This document shows, piece after piece, positions 34,236 through 40,025 of a DNA stretch of 40,025 bases. The position numbers and the translations under genes were made by a program. Positions within the stretch are counted from its first letter, which is position 1. Each line of letters begins with the position of its first letter. The notes under the pieces are model-generated. The model was not told the DNA's origin and ran no database searches. It was given only the letters and a program-made list of their open reading frames with translations. Source of the DNA: an uncultured Gemmatimonadota bacterium (GTDB lineage Bacteria > GCA-2686955); NCBI GenBank assembly GCA_964490075.1, contig CAZBBK010000055.1, positions 1 to 40,025 of the forward strand. Direction: 5' to 3'.

Positions 34236-36389
34236 AAGCGTCACCCGCACATTCTTGAACGCCGGAGTGCGCGACAGCGGATCGACTGTTGTTGGATACA
34301 GAGTATTCGCCTCGGGGTAGTACATCATGGCGCAGCCGCGGCTCACGTCGAAGGCGCGCACGGCGATCTCCGGCAGCTCTCCGTGCTCGCTGCGCACCCT
34401 CACTCGTTGATCGGTGCTCAGGCCCAGTTGGTCGATGTCGGCGGGGTTCATGAGAATCACATCGCGGCGTTTCTGCCCCCGGTAGAGGTCGCCCTCCTCG
34501 TAGACCACGGTGTTGAACTGGCCTTCGGAGCGCACGCTCATCAACAAGAGCTCGCCCGGCGCCGGTGGCTCGGAATACGGAATCGCGACGGCCTGGAAGG
34601 CCGCGCGGCCATCGCTGGTGCCGAAGCGAGCATCGCGCGGCGCACGTCCCGGAATGTGGAACTCCTGGCCTCGCGCCAGAGGCGCGAAATCCGGAATCGC
34701 TTTGGCGATCAGCTCGCGAATGGTGTCGTGCTCTCCCAGCGACCCCCAGTCGACCGGCCCCTGGGATCCGAACAACCGCTTCGCCAGGTCGACCACGATC
34801 GAGGTCTCGGTCCGGGTGTTCGGATGGCGCGCGGGGCCGCCGGCGCTGCGCCGCACGTACGAGAACATCGACTCCTGGGTCGTGCATTGCGGCTCCTCGT
34901 CGCGGGCGCGCACCGGCAGAATCAGTGTCTCCTTGCCGCGACCGTGAACGTGGCCGGTGTTCAACGAAGTGTTGAAGCAGACCACCTGATCGATGCGCGC
35001 GAGCGCGCCGGCGGCGAAGCGGCTGGCCGGGTTGGATCCATAGAGATTGCCGCCCAGGCACCAGGCCACACGCATCTCGCCGGCCGCGGCCCGCTCCATG
35101 CAGGCCATGGTGTCGAGCCCGGGCTCGGACGGCAGCGCGGCGCTCAGTTCCGCCTCCAGACGCTCGATCAGCGCCGCCTTCAGCCTGGGCACCACGCCCA
35201 TGGTTCCCATCCCCTGCACGTTGGAATGACCGCGAAGAGGCAACAGTCCGCATCCCGGGCGCCCCACCATGCCCCTCATCAGCGCCAGGTTGGCGATGCA
35301 GCGCACGTTCTCGACACCGTGCCGGTGATGTGTGATGCCCATCGCCCAGGCGAAGATGGTGGCCTTCGACTCGGCGTAGATCGCGGCGGCGGCGCGGATC
35401 TCGGCCACGCTCAGCGCGCATGCGGCGACGATCTCGTCCCAGGTGGCGCGCTCCACCACGTTGCGCCACAAGGGCCAACCCTTGGTGTGCTCCGCCACGA
35501 AGCCCCGGTCCTCGGCGCCGGTCTCGAGCAGGTACTTGGCGATGCCGATCATGAGCGCGATGTCGCCGCCGATGCGCGGCTGCAGCGTGCGAGTCGCGAT
35601 CTGGGAGCCGAACAGCAGACTGCGCCAGTCCGAGGGCACACGGAAGCGGCATAACCCCGGCTCGCGCGCCGGATTGACCACCACCACCGTGCCCCCACGC
35701 CGCCGCAGCTGCAACAGCTCCTTCATGAAGCGCGGATGGTTGGAGGCCGGATTGGCGCCCATCAGGAAGAGCGTGTCGCAGCGCCGCAGGTCATCGAGAC
35801 GCACGCTCGCGGTGCCGGAACCGATCGCCTCGCCCAGACCCACCCCCGAGGCCTGGTGACAGTAATAGGAGCAGTTGTGGACGTTGTTGGTGCCGTAGAC
35901 GCGGGCGAAGAGCTGCAGCAGGAAGCCGGCCTCGTTCGAGGAGCGGCCGCTGACGTAGAAGAAGGAATGGCGCGGATCGGTGGCGGCCAGCTTGGCGCCG
36001 GCGCGTTCCAGCGCCTCTCCCCAGCCGATCTCGGAATAGTGCGTCTCTCCCTCGCTCAGCAAGAGCGGCGTGGTCAGACGTCCGGCCTGCTCCAGCTCGC
36101 GCGGCGTCATCCGGGCCAGCTCGGCGACGCCGAATCGCTCGAAGAAGCCGGGCGGAATCGCGCTCTGCATGTCGGCCGCCATCGCCTGCACCGACTTCTT
36201 GCACACTTCGAAACGCCCGCCGACCTCGTTGCGCATGCCGCCACGCGCCCCGCCCATGCCGAACGCGCAGGTCTTGCACGCGTTCGGGGCCCGCAGTGCG
36301 CGCCACATTTTCCGGGGGCCGCCGCGACGCATGGCCTGGGCGAATGTGTAGCGAACGGCGGGCCAACCGCCTCCGGACTGAGCGCTCAC
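34170..36389 (-). CDS. FdhF/YdeP family molybdopterin oxidoreductase
   Basis: GGGW, ACKTCA, CKKS, YVSGRSSNEA, GTNNVHNCSYYCH, NPASNHPR, WAMGITHH, LRGHSNVQG, SVRSEGQFNT; GTGA overlap with upstream gene. Confidence 0.9.
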   Translation of the reverse strand: MSAQSGGGWPAVRYTFAQAMRRGGPRKMWRALRAPNACKTCAFGMGGARGGMRNEVGGRFEVCKKSVQAMAADMQSAIPPGFFERFGVAELARMTPRELEQAGRLTTPLLLSEGETHYSEIGWGEALERAGAKLAATDPRHSFFYVSGRSSNEAGFLLQLFARVYGTNNVHNCSYYCHQASGVGLGEAIGSGTASVRLDDLRRCDTLFLMGANPASNHPRFMKELLQLRRRGGTVVVVNPAREPGLCRFRVPSDWRSLLFGSQIATRTLQPRIGGDIALMIGIAKYLLETGAEDRGFVAEHTKGWPLWRNVVERATWDEIVAACALSVAEIRAAAAIYAESKATIFAWAMGITHHRHGVENVRCIANLALMRGMVGRPGCGLLPLRGHSNVQGMGTMGVVPRLKAALIERLEAELSAALPSEPGLDTMACMERAAAGEMRVAWCLGGNLYGSNPASRFAAGALARIDQVVCFNTSLNTGHVHGRGKETLILPVRARDEEPQCTTQESMFSYVRRSAGGPARHPNTRTETSIVVDLAKRLFGSQGPVDWGSLGEHDTIRELIAKAIPDFAPLARGQEFHIPGRAPRDARFGTSDGRAAFQAVAIPYSEPPAPGELLLMSVRSEGQFNTVVYEEGDLYRGQKRRDVILMNPADIDQLGLSTDQRVRVRSEHGELPEIAVRAFDVSRGCAMMYYPEANTLYPTTVDPLSRTPAFKNVRVTLLGDDDPLIRVDRAAAAQAVDA

Positions 36390-36964
36390 GCAGGCGCCCC
36401 TTCGGCGGCTGCCTCCGGCGCGGTGCGCCCCGCCGGCCGCGCATCCGGCAACATCTTGGTCAGGATGGATCCGGCGAGCAGGAGCGCGGCCAGGTCGTAG
36501 AACGCCGCCAAGGTGTGGAACTTCCAGCTTTGATACCACCAGATCGGTTCGCCCAGATTGGCGAACACCGCGCAGACCAGAGCGGTCAGGAGCAGCACTC
36601 CGGCGCGCTTCTCCCGCGCCAGGGGCCGCAGCAAGGCCCCGAGCAAGACGCACGACACGAGCATGTGCAGGAATCCCCCGGCGAACACCCCGCCGGCCAT
36701 GACCGGAGCGCCGGCGCGCCGGTAGTGCACGAAGGCGATCGGTCCGGCCTCGTGCAGGGTGCGAAACTGATGCTCGTCGCTGCCGTAGCCGGGCAGCACG
36801 TAGGCACCATCGGCGCTCAGATGCTGCTGCAGCGCCGAACCGAACGCGGCCTGGTCGTCCGCCAGCTGGGTCATCCCGATCCAATCGGCCGCGAGTCCCC
36901 AGAAGACAAATCCCCAGAGGAACATGGCGAGGGCGGCAACGAGGTGGGCGAGTATCGCTTTCAT
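36386..36964 (-). CDS. Hypothetical integral membrane protein (~4 TM)
   Basis: Hydrophobic segments FLWGFVFWG etc.; translationally coupled to the ydeP-like gene. Confidence 0.7.
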   Translation of the reverse strand: MKAILAHLVAALAMFLWGFVFWGLAADWIGMTQLADDQAAFGSALQQHLSADGAYVLPGYGSDEHQFRTLHEAGPIAFVHYRRAGAPVMAGGVFAGGFLHMLVSCVLLGALLRPLAREKRAGVLLLTALVCAVFANLGEPIWWYQSWKFHTLAAFYDLAALLLAGSILTKMLPDARPAGRTAPEAAAEGAPA

Positions 36965-37000
36965 GTCGAGCTCTTTCGGTGGTTCGCGACCACGGATGGA

Positions 37001-37702
37001 TCAAACACCCAATTTGCTCTTCAGGCGGTCGCTGGACAGATGCTTGACCAGGTCGAGCGGCTCGCAGAAATTGGCGCCGTAGTCGACGCGGATCGGTCCG
37101 ATCGCCACAGCGGCCTCGAGCGCCGCTCGATGCAAAGTCGAATTGCGCTTGCCGATCCCCAGCAGCGCCAGGCTCATGGCGTCGCGGACCCAGTTCTCCT
37201 CGCCCGCGATCGTCCCTCGAATGCGCGCCACGTGGTCGAGAAAGAAGGCATCATCCCGGGCCTTGCGCCCCCGGGCCTTCGACATCTCGTAGAGCAGCAG
37301 ATAGCCGCAGCGGCGCCGCATCGGATCGGCGGCGGCGATCCAGTCGACCGCCAGGTCGGGGGCGAAGTCGGCCTTGGCCAGGGTGGCGTCGCAAGAGGCG
37401 AAGACATGCGCGAGCATCCCGGCGCCGCGCTCCTCCACCTGCGACTCCGCCTGGGCGCGCGTCATCTTCGCCGGCTCGTCGATCAAGAGGCCGACGATCT
37501 TGGCGTCGTAGCTATCGCTGCGCCAGAGCTCGAGCGCCAGGTCGTGGTCACGGCCCACGCCTTTGGCCAGCTTGCGCAGCTGCGTCAATCCGATCCCGAA
37601 GCTGCTCAGAGGACTGTCCTCGCCGGCCAGTCTCTTCCAGTGGGCGATGCCGCGTTCGTTTCGGTGCTCGCCGAGCAGGGTCATCACGTCGCATCGGTTC
37701 AT
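37001..37702 (-). CDS. DNA alkylation repair protein (AlkD-like HEAT repeat)
   Basis: FGIGLTQLRKLAKGVGRDHDLALELW, YDAKIVGLLIDEP, ALLGIGKRN. Confidence 0.82.
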   Translation of the reverse strand: MNRCDVMTLLGEHRNERGIAHWKRLAGEDSPLSSFGIGLTQLRKLAKGVGRDHDLALELWRSDSYDAKIVGLLIDEPAKMTRAQAESQVEERGAGMLAHVFASCDATLAKADFAPDLAVDWIAAADPMRRRCGYLLLYEMSKARGRKARDDAFFLDHVARIRGTIAGEENWVRDAMSLALLGIGKRNSTLHRAALEAAVAIGPIRVDYGANFCEPLDLVKHLSSDRLKSKLGV

Positions 37703-37879
37703 GGCACGTCCCGCGCATGGGTATCGATTTCGAGCTGGAACCCAGAATAGGCCGCAATCGGCGGCGCGGGCGCGGAGCTCCCAAATCACCTCTGAGCCGG
37801 GCAGTGGGCTGCGGAAGCGGGCCCGGGGCTGGCGTGTTCTAATGGGGAGACAGACCCTGCCGCAGTCAAAGGAACCGCA

Positions 37880-39355
37880 ATGCAAGCCAATGCCCTTCTC
37901 CTTCTTCCCTTGGTCTTCAGCACGCCCCTCGCGGCCCTCGACGTGGACGGGCGCGTCGTCGGCCCCCTCATCGCGTGGCAGGCCGCCGACCTGGCGACCT
38001 TCGACCCGGCCTGGATCCATCTGAAGTTCGTGGAGGATTCGCGGATCCATCTGGTCGCCGGGCGCTTCGTCGACGCCGCCGGGCACGACCTGAGCGAGAT
38101 CAACACGCTGCTGCACCGGGCCCGCCGGATTCGCCGCACCTTCGCCGGAGACCCGATCTCGCTGGGCGAGCTGAAGCGCCGGGGGGAGTCGGCCGCTGGA
38201 CGGGCCGGCCCCAACCTCGCGCTGTGGTTCGACGTGGAGCTGCCCGCGGGGCACCACGCGCTTGCGGCGCTGCTCAACGAGCTGAATGCGCGGCCGCTGG
38301 TCGAGATCGCCCATCCCGCCCCGATCTGCGAGCCGGCGGTGCTCCGGGCCGCGCAACGCATCGACCGAATCGAGCTGCCGATCTCCGACACTCCCGACTT
38401 TCGCGATCAGCAGGATTATCTGTACGCAACACCGGTGGGTCTCGACGCGCCGGCGGCCTGGGCCGAGCCCGGCGGTCGCGGGGCGGGCATGAAGTTCATC
38501 GACGTCGAGCTGGGATGGGTGCTAGATCACGAGGACTTCAACCAGAACAGGTTCTTCCACCAGGGCGGCGCACCGCTCGATCCCTACTACTTCGACCACG
38601 GGACGGCGGTGGTGGGAGAGGTGGTGGGTGATGCCAACGGTTTTGGCGTCACCGGCTTCGCCAGCGACGCGCAATGGGGCGTGGTGGCGGTCGACTACGA
38701 CGAATGGCCGGAGGTGCCGCATCGCTTCCAGGAAGCGGTCGACAATCTCGACCCTGGCGATGTGTGGCTGATCGAGCTGCAGATGTATCCACCGGGAAAA
38801 GGCGCGACGCCGATGGAGTGGCTGCAGGTCAACTACGATGTGATCTGGACCGGTTGCTGGAGCAAAGGTGTGGTCTGTATCGAGGCGGGCGCGAACGGCT
38901 ACCAGGACCTGGACGACGCCAGCTGGGGCGGAGTATTCGACCGCGAGCTGCGCGATTCCGGCGCGGTGCTGGTGGGCGCCGGAACGCCGACCGGGCGGCT
39001 GGCCGAGTGGTTCAGCAACTATGGCAGCCGCATGGACGTGCACGCCTGGGGATCGGAGATCGTGACGACCGGCTACGGCTACCTCTACAACGGGGGCAGT
39101 CTGCAGACCGAGTATACGAACGACTTCGGCGGCACCTCCGGCGCCTCGCCGATGGTGACCGGGGCGGCGCTCTGCCTGCAGGGGATCTCGCGACAGTTGC
39201 ACGGGCAGCCGATGCCGCCGGCGATGCTGCGGCGGCTCTTGTCCGCGACCGGGATCCCGCACCTGGACCCGGTGAAGGAGATCGGTCCGCGACCCGATCT
39301 GGGGGCGGCGGTGGCGCGGGTGATCGAGGGGCGGGAGCGACGCGACGGGTCGTGA
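37880..39355 (+). CDS. Secreted S8 (subtilisin-like) serine peptidase
   Basis: Catalytic Asp FIDVELG, His DHGTAV, oxyanion AGANG, Ser FGGTSGASP; signal peptide plus propeptide. Confidence 0.92.
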   Translation: MQANALLLLPLVFSTPLAALDVDGRVVGPLIAWQAADLATFDPAWIHLKFVEDSRIHLVAGRFVDAAGHDLSEINTLLHRARRIRRTFAGDPISLGELKRRGESAAGRAGPNLALWFDVELPAGHHALAALLNELNARPLVEIAHPAPICEPAVLRAAQRIDRIELPISDTPDFRDQQDYLYATPVGLDAPAAWAEPGGRGAGMKFIDVELGWVLDHEDFNQNRFFHQGGAPLDPYYFDHGTAVVGEVVGDANGFGVTGFASDAQWGVVAVDYDEWPEVPHRFQEAVDNLDPGDVWLIELQMYPPGKGATPMEWLQVNYDVIWTGCWSKGVVCIEAGANGYQDLDDASWGGVFDRELRDSGAVLVGAGTPTGRLAEWFSNYGSRMDVHAWGSEIVTTGYGYLYNGGSLQTEYTNDFGGTSGASPMVTGAALCLQGISRQLHGQPMPPAMLRRLLSATGIPHLDPVKEIGPRPDLGAAVARVIEGRERRDGS

Positions 39356-39358
39356 CCG

Positions 39359-39568
39359 TCAGACCGCGCTGTCCTGCTGAATCATCGCGACTCGGGCGGG
39401 AACCGGCACCAGCCGGCGCAGCGCCGCGTGGACTCGCTCACGCCGAGCGCGGCGCCGATTCGCCCGGGCATTCCGAGCCTCCTCCCAGATCTGGAAGTTG
39501 AAGCGGGTGCGGTGGGCGACCTCCAGCCGGGAGATCGTGCGGTGGGGCAGGCAAGTGATGGATTGCAT
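39359..39568 (-). CDS. Small basic hypothetical protein (69 aa)
   Basis: ATG preceded by GGACGGA; stop lies 4 nt beyond the peptidase stop; no recognisable motif. Confidence 0.3.
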   Translation of the reverse strand: MQSITCLPHRTISRLEVAHRTRFNFQIWEEARNARANRRRARRERVHAALRRLVPVPARVAMIQQDSAV

Positions 39569-39746
39569 GATGTCCGTCCGGTGAAATGGAGCCCCGAGGG
39601 CTCCGGGCCGCCGTCCTCGCGCCCGCTCTGGTGCGCTCGGTTCTCGGCGTCTACCGCTAGACATGAGGCGGGCGCGGCGGGTGTTACGTCGCAATCGAGG
39701 ATCTGGGCCCGGTTTGGTCGCCGGCCTGTTTGGTGCTCGAACGAAC

Positions 39747-39954
39747 TGGATTCCGGCTTTCGCCGGAATGACGGGGAAGGAGGCGTCGACGAGTGGATCG
39801 CGGGCTGCGTCTGCTCGCGGAGGGGGCACGCGGCTCCACTCCGCGGACCGGGCGCCCATCCGGCCACGTCTTGCCGATGCGCCTGCGTCTCGTCGTGCCA
39901 CCCCGTCTCGACAATTCGCCCCGTATTCGTCATTCCGGCGAAAGCCGGAATCCA
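39747..39954. repeat. Inverted pair of REP-like palindromes (REPIN-like)
   Basis: TGGATTCCGGCTTTCGCCGGAATGACG (39747-39773) and its exact reverse complement CGTCATTCCGGCGAAAGCCGGAATCCA (39928-39954); each is itself a hairpin. Confidence 0.85.
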
Positions 39955-40025
39955 CGCCCGCGGATTGGCTCGATCCGCGGATACTCGCCCGGTTCCAACG
40001 GAGCAGAGTCAAGAGCACGCGAATC

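Noticed and set aside
34170-36389. Selenocysteine formate dehydrogenase
   Set aside because: No in-frame TGA; the Mo-ligand region is Cys (NCSYYCH), YdeP type
39747-39954. CRISPR repeats
   Set aside because: Only two copies, inverted, 154 bp apart, and no cas genes
39359-40018. 219-aa ORF
   Set aside because: The N-terminal part translates the REP elements (VIPAKAGIQ); at most the last 69 codons may be coding

Overview
High-GC chromosomal window from a diderm bacterium (outer-membrane barrels, lipoproteins, MltD), densely coding, with no prophage, integrase, transposase or CRISPR array visible. Housekeeping: tRNA-Val(GAC) directly upstream of thrS, elbB, an MltD-like lytic transglycosylase, an AlkD-like protein and a YdeP/FdhF molybdoenzyme. 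Most interesting: (1) a divergent extracytoplasmic redox locus at 26.5-32.3 kb. One arm is porin, FMN-binding protein and a PepSY-TM/BNR/ApbE fusion; the other is a monoheme cytochrome-porin fusion, YceI and a lipoprotein cytochrome c. (2) An HdrC-HdrB-FeS-flavoprotein operon resembling a soluble thiol:fumarate reductase without HdrA or a membrane anchor, preceded by a LysR-type box. (3) A sigma54 circuit readable in the DNA: OrpR-like C-X8-C-X3-C PAS activator, inverted-repeat enhancer, IHF-like site, -24/-12 promoter and a stand-alone cNMP-binding protein. (4) A GH88/105 hydrolase coupled to an uncharacterised lyase-like protein. (5) A beta-helix gene that appears to have lost its whole core by in-frame deletion. 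All calls come from motif recognition by eye; no searches were run, and several start codons were re-assigned from the ORF track.
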